DNA of 64,000 nt from Camelus dromedarius. Taxonomy: Eukaryota. Below, in pieces: positions 46,290 through 58,140 of this stretch. Location of the stretch: contig NC_087462.1 of assembly GCF_036321535.1 (NCBI RefSeq), forward strand, positions 21,638,001-21,702,000, read 5' to 3'. Each line of letters begins with the position of its first letter. Within the stretch, counting starts at the first letter, position 1. The position numbers and the translations under genes are program-made. The notes under the pieces are model-generated. The model saw nothing but the letters and a program-made list of their open reading frames with translations, made no database searches and was not told the origin of the DNA.

Positions 46290-47050
46290 ATCTACACCAT
46301 CCTGCTTGTTCATAACCTTCACGATCATTTTATGGGGTAAGAATTACTCTCCCCATTTAACAGATGAGGAAACTGAGGCTCAGAGGAGCAAAAGGCCATA
46401 AGGGAGAGGACAAGCATCTTGAAGGCAGGATGTTGTGGAGTTGGGATTTGAATTCAGCTCCTCCCACCCCAAGTTTCCTGCACATTTCACTGTCTCCAGC
46501 AGCCTTCCACATTCTGCAGTGATTTTCCTTCTAAGTTTTTCAACCACCTTGGCATGCAGGGATGAATTCTTGTATCATTAGGAACAGGAAGTGGACATTA
46601 AATGTATAAGAAGAGAACATTCAACATTCACAATAAGGCAGGGATTCTATGATTTATTGGGCACTTACTAAGTGCCATGGAATCTGCCTATATTACCCCA
46701 CTAAATGGTCCTCATGGTAAGAGTAGCTGACATGTAGTGATGTTTACTAGATGCTGGGCACAGATGCATCAGGACCTCGTAATAACCAGTGAGGATGGTT
46801 CCACCAAGGAAGCTGGCATGGAGCTAGGAGTCCCTTGCCTGAGGTTGAGGAAAGACTGTCTACTCCAGACCCTGCACGCTTCCCCACTTGTCTGCCTGGC
46901 TTTGCTACTGAGCCTACAGATGACCGTTCACATCCCCATTCTGTAAGGAGAAGACCCAAGGCTCAGAGTGGTAAATACACTTATTCAAAGACTTAGCTGG
47001 TGGGGATGGAGCCAGGTCCCAGCCCACATCTGCCCACCTCCAAAATCTAT
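46290..47050 (-). mobile_element. Cluster of three MIR fragments
   Basis: CCCCATTTAACAGATGAGGAAACTGAGGCTCAGAG and related segments. Confidence 0.75.
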
Positions 47051-47304
47051 GTCCTTTTTGCCACCTGATGTTGCCTTTCTAGGGAGAAGCAAGAGACATA
47101 CATAAAAACTCATCTGTTGTCTCAAGGGAGCTCCAACGAGATTTCACCTTTAGGTGAAGTCCCATGCTGGCCAACTCTAAAAGAAAGGCATGGTCTTGTA
47201 GGGAGAGGAGGGGATGCTGCAGAAAGCAGACACCCTCATGGCCTGGAGTCTGCAGGAAGAATCTGGAGCAGATTCGATTTCGTACACATTTATTGGGTGC
47301 TGAG

Positions 47305-48572
47305 CACTGTATGCTGATGACTCCCACGTACATAACTCTCACCAGATTTTTTTCTTGACATTGGGAGTAGGTCCACATATCCACCAAGCTCCCTTCTGGA
47401 CAGCTCCCCCCTCATCCGTCTGCTCATTCAGGAGGTACTGGTGGTGTGTCTACTGTGTGCAGGTGTTATCATGGGGATGGAGTCAACGGTGAACCAGAAA
47501 TACTACTTGACTGGCAGAGTCCAGTGAGGGAGCCAAATACGTAGACAGGCAATTCTAGCCACCCTCCTCTTCCCATGCTGAAGAAAAGCAGGAAGACTGC
47601 CACACTAGGATGGCCTCCTCTCTCTAGGACATGAAAACATGGTCCAGATCATGGGAGAAGAAACACACAAATCAGATCTCACCTTAATCGCCCTTGGCTT
47701 TGTAATTTCTCCTTCACCACCATGTAGTAATGATTTGGTCATCTCAGCTGTACGTGCTGGGTCCCCACAGGTGCCATATCTCATGCCTGCACAGTGTCAC
47801 AGGCCCCTGAATGCCAGCTCCATGACACACAATATCATCCTGCTATGGCAGACGGGCCTCATCTGTCATCCAGGTGTCCACACCAGGTTCATCCTCCATT
47901 TTCTCCACACCCACTCCTCATCCTGGCTCGAATGGTGGCGTTGCCAGTTCTCCAGACATCCTGGACTCCTTTCATTATCAAGGAATGTCAACTGTAGCCC
48001 TTCAAATGCATTATCTCTTCATCCATCTCTATTCCCACCATTCAAGTCCTGGGACTCCTCCTAGACCAGCCACCTCACTGGTCTTCCTGGCTCCAGCCTC
48101 TCCCCCTCCATCCACCCTTTGCATCAGTCACCTTAAACACAGATCTCACTGGGTCCCTTCCTTACTCACAGTGCCTTCCTGTCTCATCTTCAGCTTGACA
48201 CCATAGCTTTCTGTGTTTTGGCCTGTTTTCTCCACCCCTTCTCCATCTTCCCTACCAAACGTATCAAGATCTCATGTTTCAGTGTCTTGAACATGACGGT
48301 CCCTCCAAACTCACCCTAGACCTCTCCTCTGCTGGGACACCTCTCTCGCACCCCTCACATACACCCAAGACTTCTCTTCAGTGTCTCCAGCCCCAAATGT
48401 TTCCTTGCAGTGTAACACTTGTTCCCTGTTACAGGGGCCTGTGAACACGTTGACCTCCCCATCTGGAAGGTGTGGGCCCCTGAGGGCGGGGACAGCATCT
48501 TCTACAACATTGTATTCCGTGTCTGGCTCATGGTTGGTGCAAATAAGCCCTCATGAATGAATGAATGAATGA
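47305..48572 (+). mobile_element. Long L2 relic from the RT YADD motif to the 3' tail, interrupted at about 47400-47780
   Basis: CTG TAT GCT GAT GAC (LYADD) at 47307-47321; (TGAA)n tail ending near 48572. Confidence 0.8.
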
Positions 48573-49368
48573 GTATAGAGTCTGACACTCCAGTTGGTTC
48601 TACAATGAGGAAAGGCTCATTAATATTTTGTCCCCACTCCTGGGCCAACCCCAACCACAAGAACTTATCTAGACGTCTGCCTCTGTCACCGTGTCAATCT
48701 TTCAGCGTGACATGAACCTCGGGGACCTCCTGGTTAAATCATTTGCAGCAGCTAGAAGTGCTCTTTAGAGAACAAGGCATTTGGTCGTCGTAAGCACAGG
48801 CTGGTGACCCACAGAGAGTCTGTCTGCAGACAACTTTGCGGGCAGCCGTTTGATTTCCTGAGCATGAGGAGGCCCCGATTTCAGATTCCAAACTTTATTG
48901 CAACTTCTGAGTGACTGCCTTGACCCCATTTGTCACCTCGCAGCACTTACAATGATTCATCTCTTCAGGAAACCGTGTCTCCCCTGGGTTTGCCCAGGGA
49001 TATTGGGCCAAATATGCCGGCTGGGAGCAGGATTGGAGAGGGGAGGGGGAAGCCCTTGGCTGTTTGTAGTCTCCTGAGTGGTCTGTGGCAAACAGATCTC
49101 TTTGGCTGGACTCAGCAGCAACAGAGCAGAGCAAAATGACAAGAGCTGGACCCTGGATACTGCCCAGCAGATGATCTAAGGGAAGAGCTGAGCTCACTGC
49201 TGCCCCTCCCATGATGCCCCTCCAGGAAGCCGGCCACTGGGTCAGCCAGTGGTTCCACACCATCTTGAGTTGAATCTTTCTGCCTATTGAACCCCAGACT
49301 TCACTCCCTCCATCCTCCTAGATTCGCAGGAGACAGACAGTGTGGTGTCCTTGAAAGGTGATGAATTC

Positions 49369-49487
49369 TTTTTTTTTTTTAATTTTTTTAAATTGAAGTA
49401 TAGTAAGTTTATAATGTTGTGTCCATTTCTGGTGGACAGCAGAATGTTTCAGTCTAACATATACATACATATATCCATTTTCATATA
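49369..49487 (-). mobile_element. Short young L1 3' end with TSD
   Basis: Poly-T then AATTGAAGTATAGT; 16-bp flanks at 49354-49369 and 49488-49503 (12/16). Confidence 0.9.
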
Positions 49488-49689
49488 AAAGATAACAAAT
49501 TCTGAGGTCTAGTACATGGTCATTTTTCAACTGTTTGTTGAAGAATAGCACACATACATAGAAGTCCACAAGTCATAAGTGTGCAGCTTACTGAGTTGTC
49601 TCGAAGGCACATCTGATGCTGAATTCCCACCTTAGCTGCCTGAACTTGCCAAGTCACATACCCTCCCTAAGGTATGGTTTCATTAATTT

Positions 49690-50000
49690 CCAAATGGAGT
49701 TAAAAACCAGCCTCTCAGAGAGTCAGGCATTCTTTACAGACAAATCTGAAATTCTATGTTCTCGCCTCCATCCTGAGATCCCCCTGTCCCCTTGCCCTGG
49801 GATTTACTGTTGTTCACAGAACATGTCACCATTGGACATGTTATTAGTTATTTGTTTAGAATTGCTCATTTTCTCTCTCCCAGTGGGAATGTCAGCCCCC
49901 CACCCCAAGCAAAGGGAATTTGGAATTTGTTTTGTTCACTACTTTATCCCAACTGTCCACGCATTGGAAGTTCTAAATGAATACTTGCTGGCTGAATTGA
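49690..50000 (+). mobile_element. L2 3' fragment
   Basis: TTTGTTTTGTTCACTACTTTATCCC ... AATGAATACTTGCTGGCTGAAT. Confidence 0.65.
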
Positions 50001-50097
50001 GATGGTGGTTTTGAGGACTGCTAAAGTCATGCTTTAAATTTGGGAAATGCCATTAGGATGGCTGTTATAAAGCCAGAAAACAAAAATAACAAGTGTC

Positions 50098-50257
50098 NNN
50101 NNNNNNNNNNNNNNNNNNNNNNNNNNNNNNNNNNNNNNNNNNNNNNNNNNNNNNNNNNNNNNNNNNNNNNNNNNNNNNNNNNNNNNNNNNNNNNNNNNNN
50201 NNNNNNNNNNNNNNNNNNNNNNNNNNNNNNNNNNNNNNNNNNNNNNNNNNNNNNNNN
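50098..50257. other. Assembly gap (160 N)
   Basis: N run inside L1. Confidence 1.
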
Positions 50258-50395
50258 GAAGGCACGTTTCCAAACATGTATTTGTATACCCGTGTTCATA
50301 ACAGCTTTATTCACAATAGCCAAAAAGTGGAAGCAACTCAAATGTCCATTGATAGATAAGTGGGTAAACAAAATGTGGCCTTTACACACAATGGA

Positions 50396-50543
50396 NNNNN
50401 NNNNNNNNNNNNNNNNNNNNNNNNNNNNNNNNNNNNNNNNNNNNNNNNNNNNNNNNNNNNNNNNNNNNNNNNNNNNNNNNNNNNNNNNNNNNNNNNNNNN
50501 NNNNNNNNNNNNNNNNNNNNNNNNNNNNNNNNNNNNNNNNNNN
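50396..50543. other. Assembly gap (148 N)
   Basis: N run inside L1. Confidence 1.
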
Positions 50544-51079
50544 ATTCATGGAGACAGACAGTGGAGTGGTGTTACCAGGGGCTGGATGAATTGTTTAATG
50601 TGGACAGAGTTTCCGTCTGAGAGGATGAGGAAGTCCTGTGGGTGGATGGCAGTGATGGCTACACAAAAATGTGAATGTACTTAATGCAGTGAATTGAATG
50701 AAAGGCTAAAATGGTAAATTTTACATATATTTTGCCACAATAAAAAATTTTTAACGTGAGAAACGGTGTGGGGTAGGAACCCAATAGACACCAGTAATGT
50801 ATTGGCCTCCCCACAGATCCAACCAACTCCAGAAAACCTTCCCTGAACCTCTTAGTGTCCAGGCTACACAGTCCTCAGCTTCATCCTGTCTTGCACTCAA
50901 GTCACACGTGTGAGTCTGGGCTTCCCAGTGAGAACTTGGGGCAACAACGATGTCAAGTGTCAGGCACCAGGCTGGTGGCTTCTTTACCTCATCCCCTCAT
51001 TTCATCCTCACCCCGGTCCTGGTTTTACAGAAGAAGAATCTGAGGCCCAGAGAGGGGTTAAATAGCCCGCTTAGGACCA

Positions 51080-51560
51080 CATTTTATCCAGCCAGGCAAC
51101 AATTACTTATTGAGCACCTGCCATGAACTTGGCACTTTGCTAGGTGCTGAGGCTCTGATAATGAATGAGACCAGTCCCTTGGCCTTAAGGAGCTTCTTGT
51201 CTGGTGGAGAAGGCAGGCAATTAAGTAAGTCACTGTAGGAACATGGGATAAGAGGCGGGGTGGGGCGAGCAGGCAACAGGAGCACATCACACAGACGGGA
51301 CATGCTGGGAAGCTGAGGGAGGGTCTGGGCTGTGAGCAGGCGGTGTCCAGAGAGGAGGCTGGGGAGTCGGGGCTGGAGGTAGGGGTGGGGCAGAGCATGC
51401 AGGCCCTTATGGGCCAGGCTAAGGAATTTGCCCTTGATCCTTAAGGCAACTGAGTCACTGAAGGGTTTTAAACTGGGGAATGAGTTGGAAGCTTTCTTTG
51501 GATGCCCAGGAGAATGAATTGAAAGTGGGGAGGATGTGGGAAGGGATTCAATGAGGGGCA
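51080..51560 (-). mobile_element. L2 3' region
   Basis: TTACTTATTGAGCACCTGCCATG ... GAAGGGTTTTAAACTGGGGAATGA. Confidence 0.8.
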
Positions 51561-51562
51561 GC

Positions 51563-51910
51563 TGTGGGCTGAATTGTGCACCCCACTCCCCATTCACATC
51601 CTGAAGCCCTAACTCCCAATGTGATGGTATTTGCAGTTGAGGACTGTAGGGGGTCATTAGGTCATGAAGATGGGGTCCTCGTGATGGAGTTAGTGCCCTT
51701 ATGAGACGAGGTCAAAGAACGTGCTCTCACTCTCTCCATTAAGTGATGACACAGCAAGAAGGCGTCTGCAAGCCAGGAAGGGCGCTGTCCCCGGGGACGG
51801 AGGCAGTCAGCACCTTCGTCTGAGACTCTTCAGCCTCCGGGACTATGAGGGGTAAACGTCTGCCGTCTCAGCCACCCAGTGGAGCTGGGATAGGAGCCAA
51901 GATGGACCTC
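51563..51910 (+). mobile_element. MaLR solo LTR (MLT1A-like)
   Basis: TGTGGGCTGAATTGTG ... CCCAATGTGATGGTATTTG ... GACACAGCAAGAAGGC. Confidence 0.85.
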
Positions 51911-52599
51911 ACATTTCTCCCCAACATTCCTCATCTATTTTTCACCACTCTCTAGAATTTTAGGAGCTCGGCTTATTTCCCCACCTGTTCACGCAGCCCA
52001 TGCTCTGCAGTGCCAAGCACCTTCAGGTGCTTCCTGAGTCCCATGGACCAGGCCCAGAAGGCTCCAGGGGGACTTAGAGGAACAGAGGGCGGGTAGGATG
52101 CACGGCACTGGGTGTGCACGGAGAAGTAGGAGAGAAGGGCCGTCTGTCTCTGGAAAAGGCTCTCTGTTACTAAGTCCTCCAGTAAGTTAGGCGGCTGTTG
52201 CCACTGAATTATCATGACACAGTCGTAGTTGGGGAGCCAGGGAGCCTGGAGCCGGGGAGACCAGAGCCGGGAAGGGAGTGTCGGAAGCTGTTGTAACTTG
52301 ATTTGGGAGCTGAGACCCTGACGGTCTGATTTGCGTTTTACAAAATTCTAACAGATCCTCACATGCCCACCCCGCCCCCTGCTCAGGTTTATCACATGTA
52401 TTTCCCCTAGAGCGCCCCATAAACAATGTGGGTCTAGAAGGCTCTATTTAGAATCTAGTTGTTATCAGCAGTCAGATCTGCATTTCAAGAGAACTTGAGT
52501 TGCTCCCTGGTTTTTAGTTTGGAGCCGTGAGAGAGGGCTCGCTCCGTTGTTGAATCTTGTAACTGTTACACATGGTTGTGTGCACCCACGCACCTACAG

Positions 52600-53600
52600 A
52601 TCAGTCAGGTCACTAGATCAGAATCACTCAGAACTGAAGAGTCCTTATAGAGATCACCACCTCGCTGCAAGATAGGGAAACTGAGGCCCAGGGAGGAGAT
52701 GGACAAGCCTAAGTTACTAGGAGAGCCAACAGTTGACTGGGCCAATACTTACTAAGTCCCTAGTCTGTGCTAGGGCACCTGGGATACGAATGACAAGTAA
52801 AACATTGTTTTCCTGTTGACTCAGGAATCCTACATGCGTCTACTTCTTGTTCAGCAAGCCTTGATTCGGAGTTAAGTTTGTACCTCTTTGTATCTTAAGA
52901 TAAGAAATTCATTCACTGACCACTTATTCTAGATCAGAGACCATCCTGGGCCTTTTGCAACCATTAGCTTGTTCAATTCTTCCCAAACCAAGAGATAAAT
53001 ATCATCATCCCCATTCTACAGATGAGGAAACTGAGGCTCAGAGAGGCACATTATGTTGCCCAGGGTGGCACAGAATGGTAAAGTGCAGAGCTGGGGTTAG
53101 GACCTTAATCCTCCTGTCTTCAGAGCATTTGTCATTCATTCTGATCCTTTGTCTTCAGCCAGCCAACTTCACTTCCTTGGGTAAAAGCCTCTACAGTGGA
53201 CTTTACTTGACCTTCAGTTGGTGGGAGCCCAGAAGCTCTGTTGAATGGGTCCAAAGCGTTCCCAGGCTCCATAAAAAGTCTGCAGAAGAAGGAGTGGGGA
53301 GCTTCTTTTCCTCTGCTTTCCTTCCACATGGGCCCCTTAAAGAGTCAGGGAAGTATTGAGATGGTCTCTGGACAGAGATGATTGGCTGGATAACTCAGCC
53401 TCGTACCCACCGTTTACAACCATGTCCTGGGCACTGTGCTAAGGGGTTTACAGGCACCAGCTCTTAAATCTTCACAGCACCACCATGAGATTGGGTCTCC
53501 TGTGCTCCCTGTATTAAAACTGGGAAACTGAGGCGCGGGGGGTGAATTTGTTCTCCAGCAGAGGCAGGATTGCAGGAGCACAGTTCTGACTGAGTCTGGA
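52600..53600 (-). mobile_element. Cluster of MIR/MIR3 fragments (52600-52740, 52950-53110, 53410-53600)
   Basis: Three GGAAACTGAGGC cores. Confidence 0.8.
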
Positions 53601-53716
53601 ATCCAGGCCCCTTCTAATTATTTTCTGTGCTCAAGAAGTGCCTATTGACTGAAGAGTTGAAATTGCTTTTAAAAACAAATCTTTGTGTCCGTTCTCCCAC
53701 GTGAGCAGACAATGAG

Positions 53717-53731
53717 CTAGCAGGGGGCAGC
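53717..53731 (+). promoter_or_regulatory. CTCF-like motif
   Basis: CTAGCAGGGGGCAGC; one mismatch to the core. Confidence 0.45.
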
Positions 53732-55149
53732 CAGCACCAGGTCAGGTGTGCGGCAGGGACATTGGATGAGCAAGGCAGCCACTTGGTGGGCTCCGAGGGA
53801 AGAGGAGGCAGTCGCCCGAGGCCGACAGTCAGGCTCTGAGGATGCCAGTGGTCCAGGGTGAGTGACGCCTGTGGTTAATTCCAGAGGCTGTCCAGTTTTC
53901 CTTTTCTGCTTTGGTTCTTTGATTCGTAATGGTTTGGCTCGTTCCCGTGTGCCCTTCCCTTGGGGTTATGTCACCCAGGTGAACAAAGCCTCTTTTCAAG
54001 GACCCTGAAGAAACCAGATTATGTTATGGTTCCCGTAAATTAGAGGCCTGGAGAGGAGGCCTCTTATTTGGGGATAATCACCATTTGTTCTCTGTTTGAC
54101 GACTTGTTTCAAGATAATTAGGGCTTCACTTTCTTCACTTGAAACAACAGCCTTTTCTGTTTCTTCTGGTCCTCGCCCTGCCAGTCCTGGAGCTGGGTCC
54201 TGTGGATGCTGCGGTGAGGCGCATGATGCCAGGTCCTTCCTGTACCAAGAGCTGTCAAAACAACTGCCATGTGTCCAGCCTGTAAAACCGGGCACAAGTG
54301 GTCTGGGTAAGACACGTGTTTAAACCTTCAGTCACTCAAATCTTTAAGTGACATGCATTCAGCACACACAGCTCTAGGGGCTGGGGATACAGGAATAGAA
54401 AAAGAAGACCAGCGCCCACCTCATGGAGCTCATATTGGGGTCCTGCAGCAGAGAAAGGAGGTGGGGAGCTTGACTCCCTCAGAAATAAAAAAGATTTTAG
54501 TAATAAAGAAGAACTGATCATTATTATTCCTGTGTACAACAGCAGCAGTAATAATAATAAAACACCATAAGAATGATATTGAGAGTCAGATTTTATTGAA
54601 GTAAGCATTAAATGCCAAACCTATTCATTATTAGACTAAAATTTGTTGTATAGAATCTTGCTAAAAGTAAATGATCAATATCATGGACTTAGCACTATTT
54701 TTGTTCAACAGCTGTTTTTCACTGGTGTGTGATACAGTCATGGGAAACCAGAGCATCTGGGGGTTGGAGTTTTTCATTAACTAAATTTTCTTGTTGTCTT
54801 GTGTAAAAATCACTGTTAATAATACAACGATGATTCATTATGTTTTTTGGCCTCTAGATCATTGTTCCAAATATTAATGATTATGTAATTCAAATCAATT
54901 AACATTTAATTCTATGAGATTGGGGCAGGTAAAGGAAATTTTCTCTGGATAAGGAGATTCAGAAGACTGAAATGGTGTATTTTCACCCCAGAAGATTTGA
55001 GGAGTGAAGTTCCCCTCCCTATAACAAATCTCAACCTCTTTCTAGGCTTCTGTTTAATAAAATGCGCAACCATGTGAACTTCAGTAATGATTCTTAGCAT
55101 AGTCAAGTTTAAATGAAAGAATATGCTTTATCTCAATCAGGAAAGAACT

Positions 55150-55715
55150 TTATAAATGTAATGAGAAATCGACAAGTTTATAATCATTATGTAAATTTTA
55201 AGATACCTCTCAGAAATGGAAAGATCAAAAAGAAAAAATTAAGAACTGTATGAAGATTTGACCAACAAGGACACACACACAAGCTTGAACATATGTAAAA
55301 ACTTGCATCCACGAACAGAACGTGTATGTATTTCATAGTCACGTGGAATATTTGCAGCCATTTAGCAGCCCAAAGGAAACCTCACAAATACTAAATCAAT
55401 ATCATAGGGGGATAACCCTCTAACCACAATGCAATAAAATTCAAAACTAAAAGCAATATATATGTATATGTATATATATACATACATGCATGCAACACAC
55501 ACATTTTGAAAATTTAAAAAATCTCTTGGAAATAATTTGTCAAAGGTGAAATTATAATGAACATTACTAAATACTTATAATAGATAATGAAAATATTATT
55601 ACTAAATTATGTGGGCTGTAGCTAAAGTGTCAGAAGGAGATTTACAGACTTAAACATAGATATTAGAAAACAGAAGAAAAGTTAATGAAATAATCCAATT
55701 CAAAAGTTAGAAAAG
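55150..55715 (+). mobile_element. Ancient L1 ORF2 endonuclease-region relic
   Basis: A-rich; CTAACCACAATGCAATAAAATT ... TGTAGCTAAAG resembles L1M ORF2. Confidence 0.7.
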
Positions 55716-55887
55716 TAAAGCCCATTGGTTTAACCATGGAGTACACCTGGAACATATATTTTTTCCACCCTGACTCACTGGTAGACAGTCCTGCATTCAA
55801 TAAACTTACACAAAGAAACAAGGGCTGGGTCTGATGGAAAAATCAGACCATGTTAATGTTTAAAAAAAAAACTTTCATAACAGAGGG

Positions 55888-56432
55888 TGTATTAGTTACA
55901 CATTGCTGTAAAACAAATTACCTGAGAATTTAGAAGCTTAAAACAACAAACATTTATTAGCTCACAGTGTCCAAGAATCAGGAATCCAGAGTGCCTTAGC
56001 AGGGTGGTTCTGGTTCAGTGTTTCTAATGAGGTTGCAGTGAAGCTGTTGGCTGGGCTGCAGTCATCTGAAGACTCAACCGGGGCTGCAGGATCCACTGCC
56101 AAGTTCATTCACGTTGCTTATTGTGGGCAGTCATTCTTCCCTGGGTGCTCCTCACTGGCTGTCAGATTCCTTGCCCCATGGATCTGTCCATAGGCATGCC
56201 GACAACATGGCCCCTTGCTTCCCTTAGAGTAAGTAGTCCGAGGGGACAGCCAGACAGCCAGTCCCCAAGATGGAAGCCATCGTCTTTTATGACCTAATCT
56301 CTGAAGTGACCTGTCCTCACCATCTGCTATCAGTCACACAGACTAACCCTGGTACAATGGGAGGGGGTACTGCACAAGGGTGTGAACCAGGAGAGGGGGA
56401 CCATTGGAGGCCACCTTGGAGGCTGCTAACCA
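55888..56432 (-). mobile_element. MaLR solo LTR (MLT1F-like), apparently full length
   Basis: TG...CA ends; 5-bp flanks GAGGG/GAGAG; TTATGACCTAATCTCTGAAGTGAC. Confidence 0.9.
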
Positions 56433-57249
56433 GAGAGAATCTCAAAAAAAAAAAGGGGGGGGTGGTTTGCTTGGCTGCTAATCCTCCACCACAGGGAAGA
56501 GTAGGTGAGAAAAATCAGTTCCAACTGATCAAAATCATGAGACTTACCTTTGGGATTCAGACGATACTGAAATTCAAGGAGAAGTGGTGGTCTCAGGGTT
56601 GGATTTCTTGCCATTTGGATCGGGACTTAGGTGAACTCTCTTATGTTTTGCTTTCACCATGAACTTTTCAAAATATCTATTTTTTCCCCCCAAATAATTT
56701 TAGTCCACCAAGTCCCTTCTCACATTTTTGCCAATCCACTTTTCCCATCATTTTAAAGTTGATGTCTCTTCAAAAGGAAATTTGATTTAAATGTTTTCGA
56801 TTCCTTTACCTAAAAGTATTGCAACTCAAGTTAACAAGAACTATTGGATGGCCAAGAAATCCTCCAATTTCATGTGAAAGTCGCAAGGCCCATTTTTCTC
56901 AAAAACATGAAATCATGCTTTGCCAAAGAGTTGATAAAATACTGACTCAACGAGGGTTAAGTTTAACCACCCACAAATCAAAACATCTTGCTAACGTTAT
57001 GCCAAACAATTTTCTGTAGTTGGTTTAAAATATTGAATTGACCATTCCCACCCACTCCTCAATTTAACTGAATTGTAAAATCATTTTCTGTCTTGTAGAC
57101 ATGTAGGCATGGAAAAAGTAAAGTGCTGAATTAAGATAATTTAAATACCTCTCAGTGATTTGAGCTCTTTGTCTCCAGTTTCTTTCTACTTTATTCCATG
57201 CAACCCCGATACTAGTGCTATCTTACTGAGACAAAGAGCCCATCTCATT

Positions 57250-57720
57250 TATCCCCGCTCTTTGCTATTTTAACTTTTCACTGCCTTCTCATTAGGTTCT
57301 ACCATGCCATTCATCACTCTGCATCACACAGTCCCAATTTCTTTTCCTAACCGCTTCCCCTCCTGTGTCAACCTGACAGATTTAACTCTAGTCCTGCAAG
57401 AAGGCTTGTCATTTCCTGATCAGGTCATGCACTTTCAGACTCAAAGTCTGTGCATAGGCTGTTCCCTCTGCTCACAATGCCCTTCCCTCACTCACTGCCT
57501 GAAACTATACGATTCCCTCTTCAAGGTGCATTTCAGATGTCGTCTTTTCTTTTGGGGCATCTTCTCTGACACACCTTCTCCTCTAACACCCAGCGACTCC
57601 TTCAACTTGACAAAAATTGTTCAGAACTTTGGATTTCAAAAGGAGGCAATTCCACTCCTCATTAATTCCACCAAGTCTGGCATATACCCACATTACAACG
57701 CTTTCCTAACCGCCTGGCAA
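57250..57720 (+). mobile_element. L2 fragment
   Basis: TCTGTGCATAGGCTGTTCCCTCTGCTCACAATGCCC. Confidence 0.7.
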
Positions 57721-57734
57721 CTGTCAAGAGAATT

Positions 57735-58140
57735 TACTAAGGTAGTGTTAACTACTTCCGCAGATGCACCCCCAGATCTCAGTGGCTTAATACAATAAAA
57801 ATGTATTTCTTGCTCCTGTAAATTCTAAGCAACAGGCAGAGCCAGGAGGGTGATTCACTCCAGGCACATCAGTCGTTCAAGGACCCAATTTACAAAAGCC
57901 CTGCCTTCTGCAACCGTTGGCTTCCAGATCCACCCTGGATATAGACACCCAGTCAGTAGGCAGTGAAAGAGACGGGGTAGAGAAGCATGGAGGAAATTTT
58001 ACAGAGCAAGCTTTGAAGGGGCACAGATCTCTTCCATTCACATTCCATTGGCTCTTCCAGCTGCAAGGCAGAATGGGAAACAGTCCAGCTGTGCACCCAG
58101 GAGGAAATGAAACAGGGCTAGTGAACAGATGAACAAACTG
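57735..58140 (-). mobile_element. MaLR LTR (MLT1I/J-like)
   Basis: CCCCAGATCTCAGTGGCTTAATACAATAAAA ... CACATTCCATTGGC. Confidence 0.75.

Larger units (their letters stand above)
50048..50753 (+). mobile_element. L1MB-type 3' region containing two gaps
   Basis: TTCACAATAGCCAAAAAGTGGAAGCAACTCAAATGTCCA; ends CCACAATAAAAAA. Confidence 0.9.

Noticed and set aside
30510-50684. ORFs containing X runs
   Set aside because: Artefacts of translating through the four N gaps
10306-51800. REST/NRSE sites (CAGCACCACGG near 10308; GGCGCTGTCC at 51781)
   Set aside because: Only half-sites; the second lies inside an MLT1A LTR
5741-54064. Short palindromes and hairpins (5741/5788, 7635-7646, 12382-12400, 24657-24668, 45378-45408, 54042-54064)
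   Set aside because: Stems of 6-10 bp are expected several times by chance in 64 kb; no ribozyme, snoRNA or miRNA signature
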